Numbered from the stretch's first letter, positions 44,376 through 54,344 are shown. The stretch is 64,000 nucleotides of DNA from Parcubacteria group bacterium Gr01-1014_13 (GCA_007376295.1 VMGB01000002.1:2843-66842); one strand, 5' to 3'. Notes: a model not told the origin generated them from the letters alone. Made by a program: numbers and translations.

Positions 44376-46931
44376 ATGAAAAAGTTCGTTGCTGCTTTTG
44401 GTATTTTATTACTGGGCAGTTTTTTTGTTTTTAATACAGTTTTTTCTGCTAATACGGACATTATTATAAACGAAATTGGCGCGTATGCTACCAGCACGCA
44501 CGAATGGATTGAAATTTGGAACAAAGGCAGTGAGCCGGTAGATCTAACTGGTTGGAAATTTTGGGAAAACAATACCAATCATGGTTTGTCAGTTAGTAGT
44601 ACGGATGCAGTTGTATCTGTGGGTGAATACGCAGTCATTGTACAAGATGCAAATCAATTTATTTTAGATTATCCTTTTTTTCTCGGCTCAATTTTTGATT
44701 CTTCTTGGACAAGTTTAAATGAAAGTGGTGAAGAGATCGGTTTAAAAGATAGTGAAGGAAATTTTATTGAACAATTCACATATATTTCCGCCCCAGACTA
44801 TTCTCTGCAGAGACGTGATCCGTTTTTGGCAGATTATACGAGCGCCAATTGGGCCGAACATGTAAGCAGTAATACAGTTGGATTTTTAAATAATTTTTTG
44901 AATATAATTTCTACTACCACCGCTTCTTCCACAGATAATGAAGACGATGGCGTGGGTGGTACACCAACTGAGTCGGATTATAGTAATTGGTTAAATTTAA
45001 AACTTAATGAATTTGTTTCCGATCCGGATTTGGGAAATGAGTGGGTAGAAATATTTAATCTCACAACCAGCAGTTTGGATGTTGCAGGCGGATATATTTG
45101 TGATTCCAAGAACACCACTTCCACCTGCAAAATTATTAGCGGCATAATTCCGGCAAATGGCTGGTTAAAAATAGATTTACAGACTGATAGTTATTTAAAT
45201 AATACCGGGGACACAGTGATTTTGAAAAATCCTGATGGCGATATTATTGATTCTGTTGTTTATAGCGAAGATAACGCGCCGACCAAAGGCCAGTCATGGG
45301 CCCGCAGTGTGGATGGCGAAGGAAACTGGCAAATTACCACTCAAATTACTCCGGAGGCGGCTAATGTTATAGTTGCTCCAGTTGTTCAGTCGCAATCAGG
45401 CTCCGGAAGCGGTGGCGGCAGTTCTTTTGTACTGGAAAGTCCAAACACTGTCAGCAGCAGTTCCAAAAAAACTAATTCGGCCAGTACAATAAAAAAATCA
45501 AAAGAAGAAAAAAACATTGGTTTGAAATGGAAGATAAAATATGATTTGCGCTTGCGCCAAAATGAAGAAAATGTTTTTGACGCTTCCAAAAGTATAGATC
45601 CCCGCGGGGGCAGGATAAATTATAGTTGGAATTTTGGCGGTCAAATTATTTCTGGAGCCACTATTAAATATTCTTTTACTACTTCGGGAACTCATTCTGT
45701 AGTTGTCCGCGCCACCAGCACTGCTGGTACAGTCGATGAAAAGAAATTAACAATTATGGTGTATCCGGCTACAGAAACTTCTGGGTCAGGAATAATTTTC
45801 AGTGAACTTTTGCCTCGTGCCAGTAGTATAGAAGACGAATATATCCAATTGAAAAATATTTCCGACCATGCGGTGAACATGTCCAATTGGAAAATAGTTT
45901 ATAAAAACGATATTTACGAAATTCCGACCAGTACGTTTTTGTCAGCCAATGATTATTTAACTTTTTATCAAACTATCACCGGATTTACTTTAAATAATTC
46001 GGGTGCGGAGTTGTTGCTTTTGAATCAGGAAAATATTTTAATAGACCAAATGGAATATGGAAAAGCAGATGAAAATGTGGCATATATATTTAATGGTGAA
46101 AAATGGAGTTGGAAAGTTCCGACAACATCAGCCAAAGTATTGGGGATTAAAATAACAACGACTGAGAAAAAAACATCGACTTCCGGCAAATTCTTTACTA
46201 GTATTGCCGATGCTCGTGCTGGACAAAAAGGCGACTGGGCCAGAGTTAAAGGAGTAGTGGCAGTTTTGCCTGGAATTTTTGGCAGTCAATATTTTTACCT
46301 CACTGACGGCAATAGCGGTATCCAAATTTATCAAAATAAAAAAGATTTTCCGCCTTTAGAGGTGGGGGATTTGGTGCAAGTATATGGCATGATTTCGGAA
46401 GCCAGTGGTATCAAAAGAATTAACGCAAGAAGCAAGGACGATATAGATATTTTGGCTATTGGTGGCATTGTAACCAGCACAGAATTAAATGTAGACGAAA
46501 TTGATGAGGCTTTGGCTGGCGGACTGGTGCAAACAGAGGGCGAGATTACCGAGATAAAAAGCAATTTTATGTATATCGATAATGGCTCTGATGAAACGGT
46601 CGCATATTTCAAACAAGGAGCAAAAATAGATAAGCATAAGTTTAAAGAGGGAGAAAATGTGCGGGTGGTGGGTATTTTGGAGCAGACAAAGACTGGTTGG
46701 CAGATTTGGCCGCGTTCCCAAAGTGATATTGAATCCCTGGGTCCGTCGGCAGATTTACTGGCTAAAGAGAGTGTAAACAAGGCAGTTGGTGCAAAACCGA
46801 AGTATTGGACAGCTACCGCTGGCGGGGCGGCTGCCATGATATTGGCGTTTTTAGCCAGAGCACGAGGGCCGATGATGTTAGGTGGAATAAAGAAAATTTT
46901 TAAGAAAGATAAGATAGAGAACCAGCCTTGA
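44376..46931 (+). CDS. secreted surface protein with three lamin-tail domains (LTD), a PKD domain and a C-terminal OB-like module, TM-anchored
   Basis: LTD signatures (IIINEIGAYA..EWIEIWNKG..DLTGWKF; LNEFVSDPD..EWVEIFN; IIFSELLP..EYIQLKN..MSNWKIV). PKD (INYSWNFGG...TSGTHSVVV). C-terminal TM. Confidence 0.7.
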   Translation: MKKFVAAFGILLLGSFFVFNTVFSANTDIIINEIGAYATSTHEWIEIWNKGSEPVDLTGWKFWENNTNHGLSVSSTDAVVSVGEYAVIVQDANQFILDYPFFLGSIFDSSWTSLNESGEEIGLKDSEGNFIEQFTYISAPDYSLQRRDPFLADYTSANWAEHVSSNTVGFLNNFLNIISTTTASSTDNEDDGVGGTPTESDYSNWLNLKLNEFVSDPDLGNEWVEIFNLTTSSLDVAGGYICDSKNTTSTCKIISGIIPANGWLKIDLQTDSYLNNTGDTVILKNPDGDIIDSVVYSEDNAPTKGQSWARSVDGEGNWQITTQITPEAANVIVAPVVQSQSGSGSGGGSSFVLESPNTVSSSSKKTNSASTIKKSKEEKNIGLKWKIKYDLRLRQNEENVFDASKSIDPRGGRINYSWNFGGQIISGATIKYSFTTSGTHSVVVRATSTAGTVDEKKLTIMVYPATETSGSGIIFSELLPRASSIEDEYIQLKNISDHAVNMSNWKIVYKNDIYEIPTSTFLSANDYLTFYQTITGFTLNNSGAELLLLNQENILIDQMEYGKADENVAYIFNGEKWSWKVPTTSAKVLGIKITTTEKKTSTSGKFFTSIADARAGQKGDWARVKGVVAVLPGIFGSQYFYLTDGNSGIQIYQNKKDFPPLEVGDLVQVYGMISEASGIKRINARSKDDIDILAIGGIVTSTELNVDEIDEALAGGLVQTEGEITEIKSNFMYIDNGSDETVAYFKQGAKIDKHKFKEGENVRVVGILEQTKTGWQIWPRSQSDIESLGPSADLLAKESVNKAVGAKPKYWTATAGGAAAMILAFLARARGPMMLGGIKKIFKKDKIENQP

Positions 46932-47006
46932 AATTTTTATGGTTTTGTGATAGTTTATTAGAGCTCTATAAAAATATTGGCAACAGAGCCTGCCCGGCAA
47001 CAGAGC

Positions 47007-47093
47007 GGAGGGGTGCGAGAGTGGTTTAACCGAACAGTCTTGAAAACTGTCGCCCATGAAAGTGGGCCGTGGGTTCGAATCCCACCCCCTCCG
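47007..47093 (+). tRNA. tRNA-Ser (anticodon TGA)
   Basis: Acceptor GGAGGGG/CCCCTCC, anticodon loop CTTGAAA, long variable arm, T arm GTGGG-TTCGAAT-CCCAC, discriminator G. Confidence 0.85.
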
Positions 47094-47152
47094 CTCTTGT
47101 GCTGGGTCTCATCGCCCTTAACGGCGAATCACGTCGCAAGGCGTCACCGAAT

Positions 47153-47181
47153 AAAAAAGAAGCGAAAAGCTTCTTTTTTGA
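47153..47181 (+). terminator. intrinsic terminator after tRNA-Ser
   Basis: AAGAAGC-GAAAA-GCTTCTT plus T6. Confidence 0.6.
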
Positions 47182-47235
47182 TTCAGCTTGCCAACAAGAA
47201 GCGGTTAAGCTAAGGTGTAAATATAGAGTATTAAC

Positions 47236-48381
47236 ATGCTTATGGAACCCCTTGCTTATAAAATCAGACCTAAAAATTTAGCCGAATTTATCGGCCAAAA
47301 ACATTTGGTGGAAAAAGGTAAACCACTCGAAGTTGCTATATCCAAAAAACACCTGTTCTCTTTTATTCTTTGGGGGCCGTCCGGTGTAGGTAAAACAACT
47401 TTGGCAAAAATTTACGCCAAAGCTCTTAATGCGGATTATCACGAACTTTCCGCTGTTTCTGCCAGCAAAGAAGATATAAAGAAAATTATTAATTCTGACG
47501 GCGGACTTTTTGGTCCAAAGATTTTATTTTTAGACGAGATACATCGTTTTAATAAAGCTCAACAGGATTTTTTGTTGCCCTACGTGGAGTCGGGCAAATT
47601 AACGCTAATAGGTGCGACTACGGAAAATCCAAGCTTTGAAGTTATCTCGGCTTTATTATCTCGTTGCCGGGTTTTTGTTTTAAACGAATTAAGTGATAGT
47701 GAAATGGAAGAAATAGTGAAAAGAACCGGGTTTGCTTTGGATAAGGAAGCCGAAGATTGGCTGATTAGCATGGCCGCAGGTGATGCCAGACAAGCAATTG
47801 CTATGCTGGAAAATACTCATAAGTTATATGGAAAAATAACGGTTGAGAATTTAAAAAATACCTTGCAGTCCAAACATTTGCGTTACGATAAAAAAGGAGA
47901 TGAGCACTATAATACTATCAGTGCTTTTATAAAAAGTATGCGGGCTAGCCAACCCGATGCAGCCCTGTATTATTTGGCACGGATGATTGATTCAGGGGAG
48001 GATCCAAAATTTATCGCTAGACGAATGGTGATATTTGCTAGCGAAGATATTGGTATGGAAGATCCTCATGCCTTGGTTTTGGCCAACGCGGTTTTTCGGG
48101 CGGTAGAAATTATTGGTTATCCAGAAGCAGGAATAAATCTTTCTCACGGTGTAGTTTATCTTTCTATGGCACCAAAAACTAAAGCCGTTTATTACGCCTA
48201 TTTGGCGGCCATGAAAGACGCTAAAGAGTATGGGAATTTACCAATTCCAATGAAAATTCGCAATGCCCCCACAAAACTAATGAAAGATTTGGGATATGGA
48301 GAGGATTATGAAAAGTATACTAAAGAGGACCTATTGCCGGAAAAGATAAAAGGCAAAAAATATTTTAATCCTAAGAAGTAA
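47236..48381 (+). CDS. rarA: replication-associated recombination protein A (AAA+)
   Basis: FIGQKHL..ILWGPSGVGKTTLA Walker A, then LFLDEIHRF, and the C-terminal MgsA helical domain. Confidence 0.9.
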   Translation: MLMEPLAYKIRPKNLAEFIGQKHLVEKGKPLEVAISKKHLFSFILWGPSGVGKTTLAKIYAKALNADYHELSAVSASKEDIKKIINSDGGLFGPKILFLDEIHRFNKAQQDFLLPYVESGKLTLIGATTENPSFEVISALLSRCRVFVLNELSDSEMEEIVKRTGFALDKEAEDWLISMAAGDARQAIAMLENTHKLYGKITVENLKNTLQSKHLRYDKKGDEHYNTISAFIKSMRASQPDAALYYLARMIDSGEDPKFIARRMVIFASEDIGMEDPHALVLANAVFRAVEIIGYPEAGINLSHGVVYLSMAPKTKAVYYAYLAAMKDAKEYGNLPIPMKIRNAPTKLMKDLGYGEDYEKYTKEDLLPEKIKGKKYFNPKK

Positions 48382-48383
48382 TT

Positions 48384-49151
48384 TTATTTTTCGCTTAATT
48401 CCTGTGAATCTGCAAAGTAAATCATCCCGTCCCTCATAAATTCTGCTAAGCCTGTGGCCACGTTTTCATAATTTACTTTGAATCTTGGGTCATCCACATA
48501 CATTTTAGCCATACCTCGGTACATTTGTAGATTCGGTTCATAGAATGTCCGCAGGCTATCATAATGTCTGGCAATTAGTTTTTGTACGGCTTCACTTTTT
48601 GGATCTTGGCCAGCAGCCATAGCCGCGGCAATTTCCAAAGTTAGTTTACCACTCTCTTCCAATACTTTATTTAAACCAGCTTTACCCATCTTTTTTACTC
48701 TTTCCTGTGATTGTTTGAATGCTTCGGTGTGGCCCCAACGTTGCTTAGCTTCTTCGGTATATTTTTCCATTTCTTCTTTGGAAAAATTTCCGTATAATTC
48801 TTCGTCTTTCATATTTATTTTTTTATTAATTTTTTTAATTGTCTTATCTATAGTTTTTATTAGCCCATCCAGGCGATTTCTTTTGAGTTTAATCAATTCT
48901 TTTTGGTCGCGTAACGCTGATTTCATATCAAAGCGGGGAGAAGAGAGGATGCGCCGTATATCATCCAAAGAAAAATCTAGCTCACGGAAGAACATTATCT
49001 GTTGCAACTTTAACAATTCGGTTTCTTCGTAATAGCGATACCCGTTGCTTTGCACCCGGGCTGGTTTGAGTAGACCCACTTCGTCATAGTAGTGGAGGGT
49101 GCGTACACTGACCCCCGCTAGATTGGCTAATTGTTGCACTGTATAAGACAT
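48384..49151 (-). CDS. MerR family regulator with a TipAS-like C-terminal effector domain
   Basis: MSYTVQQLANLAGVSVRTLHYYDEVGLL HTH. Coiled-coil. TipAS-like C-terminus. The start is taken at the internal Met of the track ORF. Confidence 0.75.
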   Translation of the reverse strand: MSYTVQQLANLAGVSVRTLHYYDEVGLLKPARVQSNGYRYYEETELLKLQQIMFFRELDFSLDDIRRILSSPRFDMKSALRDQKELIKLKRNRLDGLIKTIDKTIKKINKKINMKDEELYGNFSKEEMEKYTEEAKQRWGHTEAFKQSQERVKKMGKAGLNKVLEESGKLTLEIAAAMAAGQDPKSEAVQKLIARHYDSLRTFYEPNLQMYRGMAKMYVDDPRFKVNYENVATGLAEFMRDGMIYFADSQELSEK

Positions 49152-49317
49152 ATTTTGGTGTCGACCTAGTATTTTTAGACTCACCTTAACATACTGTAAA
49201 CTATTACGCAACGTCAGAGTCAAGAGTGAGAACAAGTATTGTTCATTTTTTCTACATGTTTGTTTTGTTATAGTATGTGGTATTATGTAGAAGCTTTTTA
49301 ATTAAATAATTAAACAT

Positions 49318-49728
49318 ATGTACAAAAATCCTGTCGTCCATTTTGAAATGCCAGCCGAGGATAAGGCGCGCATGAATAAATTCTATGAAAGCGCTTTTGG
49401 CTGGGAAACGAGACAGCTCGGCCCGGAAATGGGAGAGTATGTAATCGTTACCACTACCGAGACCGATGAAAATCGGATGGTAAAAACTCCTGGCACTATT
49501 AATGGCGGATTTTATCAGAAAAAAAAGCCAGATCAGTATACCAGAATCACAATTGCGGTAGATGATATCCAAGAGGCAATGAAAAAAGTAATAGAAGCTG
49601 GTGGTACAGTTGTTGGCGGCATGCAAAATCCTGGTCAGCCAGATAATATTCCTGGCGTTGGACTTTATGCGACTTTTATAGACACCGAAGGCAACCTTGC
49701 TAGCATGCTACAGCCTTTTAATAAATAA
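49318..49728 (+). CDS. VOC (glyoxalase/bleomycin-resistance) family protein
   Basis: VVHFEMPAEDKARMNKFYESAFGW fold signature. Confidence 0.75.
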   Translation: MYKNPVVHFEMPAEDKARMNKFYESAFGWETRQLGPEMGEYVIVTTTETDENRMVKTPGTINGGFYQKKKPDQYTRITIAVDDIQEAMKKVIEAGGTVVGGMQNPGQPDNIPGVGLYATFIDTEGNLASMLQPFNK

Positions 49729-49738
49729 TTAAAAAAAT

Positions 49739-50230
49739 ATGCAAAAAGAATTTAAAATTACTCGCGTTTTTGACGCACCACGTGAGGTGGTCTGGGCAGC
49801 ATTTACTGAACCAGAAATGGTGAAGCACTGGTGGGGACCAAAAGATTTTACTGCACCAAGCATAAAAATTAATTTAAGGGTTGGTGGCAAATACATTTTT
49901 GCTATGCAAGGACCTGCGGGTTCAGAGTGGGACAAAGTAATGTACAGCGCTGGTACATACAAAGAAATTGTTCCAATGGAAAAAATTGTCTGTACGGATC
50001 ATTTCTCCAATGAAAAGGGAGATATCCTTCCGCCAGAGTCATATGGTTTGCCAGCCAATTTTCCAAAGGAAAATATTGTGATGTTTACCTTTGAGAGCAT
50101 GGGCGACGACAAAACAAAACTCACTATTCTATATGTAGTTGATGAGGAAGTTCTAGAGATTATGAATAAAGTTAAAATGAGGGAAGGTTGGGAAAGTTCT
50201 CTAGATAAACTGGCTGAGATTTTAGAATAA
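49739..50230 (+). CDS. SRPBCC/AHSA1-domain protein
   Basis: ITRVFDAPREVVWAAFTEPEMVKHWWGP is the Aha1-domain hallmark. Confidence 0.75.
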   Translation: MQKEFKITRVFDAPREVVWAAFTEPEMVKHWWGPKDFTAPSIKINLRVGGKYIFAMQGPAGSEWDKVMYSAGTYKEIVPMEKIVCTDHFSNEKGDILPPESYGLPANFPKENIVMFTFESMGDDKTKLTILYVVDEEVLEIMNKVKMREGWESSLDKLAEILE

Positions 50231-50240
50231 GATGTAAAAT

Positions 50241-50660
50241 ATGAATCAAGATAATACAATCACTGTAGAAACCATGGTACATGCCCCAATGGAAAAAGTT
50301 TGGGAGTCTTGGACAAAACCGGAGCATATTGTAAATTGGGCCTTTGCTTCTGATGATTGGGAGGCGCCTGTTGCGGAAAATGATTTACGTGTCGGTGGAA
50401 AATTTAAAACTGTGATGGCGGCAAAAGATAAGAGTGCCAGCTTTGATTTCGCAGGAGTCTATACAGATGTGCAAGAACATGGTTTTATTGAATACACCAT
50501 GGATGATGGCCGGGTAGTAAGCATACAATTTGTACAACTTCCCGAAGGTATAAAAATTATTGAGGTTTTTGATCCAGAAAAAATAAATTCGCAAGAGAAG
50601 CAACGTGCCGGCTGGCAGGCAATTTTAGATAATTTTAAAAAATATACGGAGAGTTTATAA
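50241..50660 (+). CDS. SRPBCC/AHSA1-domain protein (tandem paralog)
   Basis: VHAPMEKVWESWTKPEHIVNW. Confidence 0.75.
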   Translation: MNQDNTITVETMVHAPMEKVWESWTKPEHIVNWAFASDDWEAPVAENDLRVGGKFKTVMAAKDKSASFDFAGVYTDVQEHGFIEYTMDDGRVVSIQFVQLPEGIKIIEVFDPEKINSQEKQRAGWQAILDNFKKYTESL

Positions 50661-50672
50661 ATAATAATCAAT

Positions 50673-51074
50673 ATGAATATGAAAAAAAATCGGACAAAAA
50701 CGAACTCAGCCAAGTACGTTGATGGATTTGTGCTCGTGGTTCCCAAAAAGAAAGTAGCCGCTTATCGCAAAATGGCTCAAGAGGGTAGTAGAATATGGAA
50801 GAAGTACGGAGCGCTTGAGTACAAGGAATGTGTGGGTGATGATCTCAGCCCTAATATGGGAGGTATGCCGGCACTTACCTTTCCGAAGATGATAAAATTA
50901 AAAAAGGGCGAGACTGTGTGGTTTTCATTTGTTACTTATAAATCACGCGCGCACCGCGACCAGGTAAATAAAAAAGTGATGGCAGAGATGGATAAGAAAT
51001 ACAAAGACGCGCCGCCTATGCCATTTGATATGAAACGGATGGCCTATGGTGGGTTTAAAGTAATAGTTGATTAA
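50673..51074 (+). CDS. DUF1428 (YbaA-like) protein
   Basis: YVDGFVLVVPKKKVAAYRKMAQEGSRIWKKYGALEYKECVGDD pattern. Confidence 0.7.
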   Translation: MNMKKNRTKTNSAKYVDGFVLVVPKKKVAAYRKMAQEGSRIWKKYGALEYKECVGDDLSPNMGGMPALTFPKMIKLKKGETVWFSFVTYKSRAHRDQVNKKVMAEMDKKYKDAPPMPFDMKRMAYGGFKVIVD

Positions 51075-51098
51075 AACTAATTCTTTAACTTTAATTGT

Positions 51099-51986
51099 AT
51101 GCAAAAAATTACCCCAAATTTATGGTATAACAAAGAAGCTAAAGAGGCCGCCGAGTTTTATGTTTCGGTATTTCCGGATTCAAAAATTAACAGCCTAAGA
51201 ACCCTTCGTAACACTCCATCTGGAGATACTGATGTTGTATCTTTTGAACTTTTAGGCTACAAATTTATGTCGATTAGTGCAGGTCCTTTTTTTAAATTCA
51301 ATCCATCAGTTTCATTTTTAGTTACCTGTCAAAGCAAAGAAGAGGTTGATAATTTCTGGAAAAAACTCTCTCCAGGTGGCAAAGTAATGATGGAGCTCGG
51401 AGAGTATCCTTTTAGTAAACACTACGGCTGGACAGCTGATAAATATGGAGTTTCGTGGCAAATAATGCTCGCTGATGAACATTATCAATTTAAACAGAAG
51501 TTAACACCGACATTGATGTTTGTCGGAGAAAATGCAGGTAAAGCAGAAGAAGCAATGACATTTTATGCTTCAATATTCCCAGATAGTAAGGTTGGCGGGA
51601 TAGCAAGGTACCCTGCTGGAATGGATCCGGAAAAAGAAGGCACGGTTATGCATGGAGCTGTTGTTTTGGCTGGACAGGAATTCTTTGCAATGGACAGCGC
51701 TCGCGAACACAAGTTCGCTTTTAACGAAGCAATATCGTTTATTGTCAACTGCGATACGCAAGAAGAAATTGATTATTTCTGGGAAAAGCTTTCAGCTGTT
51801 CCCGAATCCGAACAGTGCGGCTGGTTAAAAGATAAATATGGTTTTTCCTGGCAAATTGTTCCTAATATTATGGATGAAATGATGAAAGATAACGATGAAG
51901 AAAAGCTGGCGCGAGTTACCGAAGCGTTTCTTAAAATGAAGAAGTTTGACATCGCGAAGTTAAAAGAAGCGTACGAAGGAAAATAA
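51099..51986 (+). CDS. tandem PhnB-like VOC-fold protein (3-demethylubiquinone-9 3-methyltransferase-like domains x2)
   Basis: Two repeated halves, each with ITPNLWYNKEA../LTPTLMF and YGVSWQI / YGFSWQI. Confidence 0.7.
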   Translation: MQKITPNLWYNKEAKEAAEFYVSVFPDSKINSLRTLRNTPSGDTDVVSFELLGYKFMSISAGPFFKFNPSVSFLVTCQSKEEVDNFWKKLSPGGKVMMELGEYPFSKHYGWTADKYGVSWQIMLADEHYQFKQKLTPTLMFVGENAGKAEEAMTFYASIFPDSKVGGIARYPAGMDPEKEGTVMHGAVVLAGQEFFAMDSAREHKFAFNEAISFIVNCDTQEEIDYFWEKLSAVPESEQCGWLKDKYGFSWQIVPNIMDEMMKDNDEEKLARVTEAFLKMKKFDIAKLKEAYEGK

Positions 51987-51990
51987 TTTT

Positions 51991-52788
51991 TTATTTTAAC
52001 AAAAAGTAAATCAGCACCAATACTCCAAGAACAATTCGGTAATATCCAAACGGAACGAAGTTTTTTGTTTGAATATATTTCATGAACATTTTGATTACTG
52101 CCAGTGCAACCAAAAAAGAAGTTACAAATCCGGTGAGTAGGATAACAGCCTCTGAACCAGTCATATTTAATCCATTTTTGAGCAAGGAATATATGGAAGC
52201 GGCCGCGATAGTAGGGATAGCCAAGAAAAAAGAAAATTCTGCCGCTAGTACTCGCGAAGCACCAAGCAACATCGCACCGATAATGGTGGCTGCCGAGCGG
52301 GAAGTGCCTGGTATCATGGCCAGAGTTTGAATTAAGCCGATAGCAAAAGCTGTTTTGTAGCTTAATTCGGCTACGGAATTAATTTTATGATCCACCTTTC
52401 TTCTTTCCAGTAAAATTAAAGCTATACCGCCGATGATAAGGGTAATGGCAACTGTGATTGGATTAAAAAATTTGGCTTCTATTGTTTTGGCCAGAAAAAA
52501 TCCAATTACCAGTGCTGGTAGAACAGCGACCAGAGTTTTTCTCCAAAGCGCAAACACTTCTTTTTTATTTGCATATCGGCTAAGTGGGCAAATACGAGAG
52601 TTGAAGTACAATGCTACAGCTACAATTGCTCCAAGCTGAATCACAATATCAAACATTTGGGTAAAATGCTTGTCAAACTTCAGCCACTCGTTTACTATTA
52701 TCAAGTGTCCGGTAGAGGAAATTGGTAGAAATTCGGTAATTCCTTCTACAGCGCCCAGGATTATGGCTTTAAGCAAGTCAAAAATCAT
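51991..52788 (-). CDS. uppP: undecaprenyl-diphosphate phosphatase
   Basis: ILGAVEGITEFLPISSTGHL signature. 8 TM. The start is taken at the internal Met so it does not overlap the divergent glycosylase gene (the track ORF extends to 52872). Confidence 0.85.
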   Translation of the reverse strand: MIFDLLKAIILGAVEGITEFLPISSTGHLIIVNEWLKFDKHFTQMFDIVIQLGAIVAVALYFNSRICPLSRYANKKEVFALWRKTLVAVLPALVIGFFLAKTIEAKFFNPITVAITLIIGGIALILLERRKVDHKINSVAELSYKTAFAIGLIQTLAMIPGTSRSAATIIGAMLLGASRVLAAEFSFFLAIPTIAAASIYSLLKNGLNMTGSEAVILLTGFVTSFLVALAVIKMFMKYIQTKNFVPFGYYRIVLGVLVLIYFLLK

Positions 52789-52833
52789 AAAAAAGTTAAA
52801 TAACAGAATTATTATATCCCAAAGCCAGACTTT

Positions 52834-53460
52834 ATGCCATTGAAAGTTAATTTTAAAAAATCCATAGATCATTTAAAGTCAGTCGATCCTATTTTAGCAA
52901 AGTTGTTCGATTCTTGCTCGCCAGTTGTTTTGCGTCCGCATACTAATTATTTTCAATCGCTCACAGAAGCGATTATTAGTCAGCAATTGTCTGACAAAGC
53001 AGCTACAACCATTGTAAATCGGTTTAAAGCTTTGTTTCCCGGCGTAGATTTCCCATCGCCAAAACAAGTTTTACGCAAAAAAGATAGTGATTTGCGTAGT
53101 GTTGGTGTGTCTGGGGCTAAAGCTTCGTATATTAAAAATTTAGCCACCGCTATGGAAGATAAAACGGTTCATTTTGTAGATATATCCAAAATGACAGATG
53201 AAGAAATTATTGAAATGTTGGTGAAAGTAAAAGGGATTGGACGTTGGACTGCGGAGATGTTTCTAATTTTTTCTTTGGGCAGATTGGATGTATTTTCTTT
53301 TGGAGATTTAGGATTACGTAATGCGATAAAAAAATTATATTCTCTGCGCCAAGATCCGTCGCCGAAACAAATGCAAAAAACGTCTATCTGTTGGCAACCA
53401 TATCGCACTTGCGCTTCACTGTATTTGTGGGCGAGTTTGAATAATAGACAAAAGCCTTAA
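52834..53460 (+). CDS. HhH-GPD superfamily DNA glycosylase (AlkA/3-methyladenine glycosylase II-like)
   Basis: Helix-hairpin-helix with GIGRWTAEMFLIFSLGR and the catalytic Asp region. Confidence 0.75.
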   Translation: MPLKVNFKKSIDHLKSVDPILAKLFDSCSPVVLRPHTNYFQSLTEAIISQQLSDKAATTIVNRFKALFPGVDFPSPKQVLRKKDSDLRSVGVSGAKASYIKNLATAMEDKTVHFVDISKMTDEEIIEMLVKVKGIGRWTAEMFLIFSLGRLDVFSFGDLGLRNAIKKLYSLRQDPSPKQMQKTSICWQPYRTCASLYLWASLNNRQKP

Positions 53461-53491
53461 TTTTCGATAGAATTCGCGTATTCGTATATTA

Positions 53492-53580
53492 TGGAGAGGT
53501 GTCTGAGTGGTCGAAAGTGCCGCTCTCGAAAAGCGGTAGGGTTCATAGCCCTCGTGGGTTCGACTCCCACCCTCTCCGCC
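53492..53580 (+). tRNA. tRNA-Ser (anticodon CGA), CCA encoded
   Basis: Acceptor GGAGAGG/CCTCTCC, anticodon loop CTCGAAA, long variable arm, T arm GTGGG-TTCGACT-CCCAC, G73 then CCA. Confidence 0.85.
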
Positions 53581-53676
53581 AAGTTTTGAATTCCAGCAGA
53601 CTTGACGAAATAACCAGTGCATGGCATGCTATGGTCTCATTCTCCCCACAAAAAACAACAGAAAGGATTGTGTAAA

Positions 53677-53976
53677 ATGAAGACCCCTGAAGTGTCATTG
53701 GATGTTGCTTTTAGCCAGCTTAGCAAACGTGAACGACAAGTGCTCGTCGCGCTCGCGCAGGGTTATTCTAACCGTGAGGTTGCGACGGAGCTTGGGGTTA
53801 ACCCAAAAACTGTCGATTCGCATCGAAGCCAGGTACGCAAGAAGCTCGGTCTACGCAACAACAGTGATTTTGTTCGCTATGCCATCAAGAACGGATTGAT
53901 GGATGTCAACGGCAAGGAGTCTCCGACTCCACCGCCGGTTGAAAGATTTGATCCGCAGGCCGAACAGATGTTGTAG
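53677..53976 (+). CDS. LuxR/GerE-family HTH solo regulator, GC-rich (about 55%) foreign-looking gene
   Basis: LSKRERQVLVALAQGYSNREVATELGVNPKTVDSHRSQVRKKLGL. RBS AGGA before the internal Met. A terminator follows (GCACCTC-UCCG-GAGGUGC plus U-run, 53993..54019). Confidence 0.7.
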   Translation: MKTPEVSLDVAFSQLSKRERQVLVALAQGYSNREVATELGVNPKTVDSHRSQVRKKLGLRNNSDFVRYAIKNGLMDVNGKESPTPPPVERFDPQAEQML

Positions 53977-54089
53977 ATATTTGTACCAGTACGCACCTCT
54001 CCGGAGGTGCGTTTTCTCTCCAGTTTGCTTTTTTTAAACTATCGTGTATAATACTAACCAGATAAATTAATTTATTTAATTCAAAAGTT

Positions 54090-54344
54090 ATGCCAAAAGC
54101 AAACTCTGCTTTTATGAAGCCGTTGAATGTCAGCGCCGAACTCGCCGCTGTCGTTGGTAAAGGTCCTATGCCACGCTCAGAAGTGGTCAAAAAACTCTGG
54201 GTTTATATCAAAAGCAAGAATCTACAGGACCCAGCCAAGAAGCGTAATATTCACGCCGACGCAGCTTTAAAAGCAGTATTTGGCGGTAAAGAAACAGTGG
54301 ACATGTTTGAAATGACAAAACTCGTTTCCAAACACCTTTCCTAA
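54090..54344 (+). CDS. SWIB/MDM2 domain protein
   Basis: LSAELAAVVGKGPMPRSEVVKKLWVYIKSKNLQDPAKKRNIHADAALKAVFG matches the SWIB fold consensus. Confidence 0.8.
   Translation: MPKANSAFMKPLNVSAELAAVVGKGPMPRSEVVKKLWVYIKSKNLQDPAKKRNIHADAALKAVFGGKETVDMFEMTKLVSKHLS

Noticed and set aside
46977-47281. Track ORFs 46977..47213(+) and 47069..47281(+).
   Set aside because: Overlap tRNA-Ser(TGA) and its terminator.
53416-53622. Track ORF 53416..53622(-).
   Set aside because: Antisense to tRNA-Ser(CGA).
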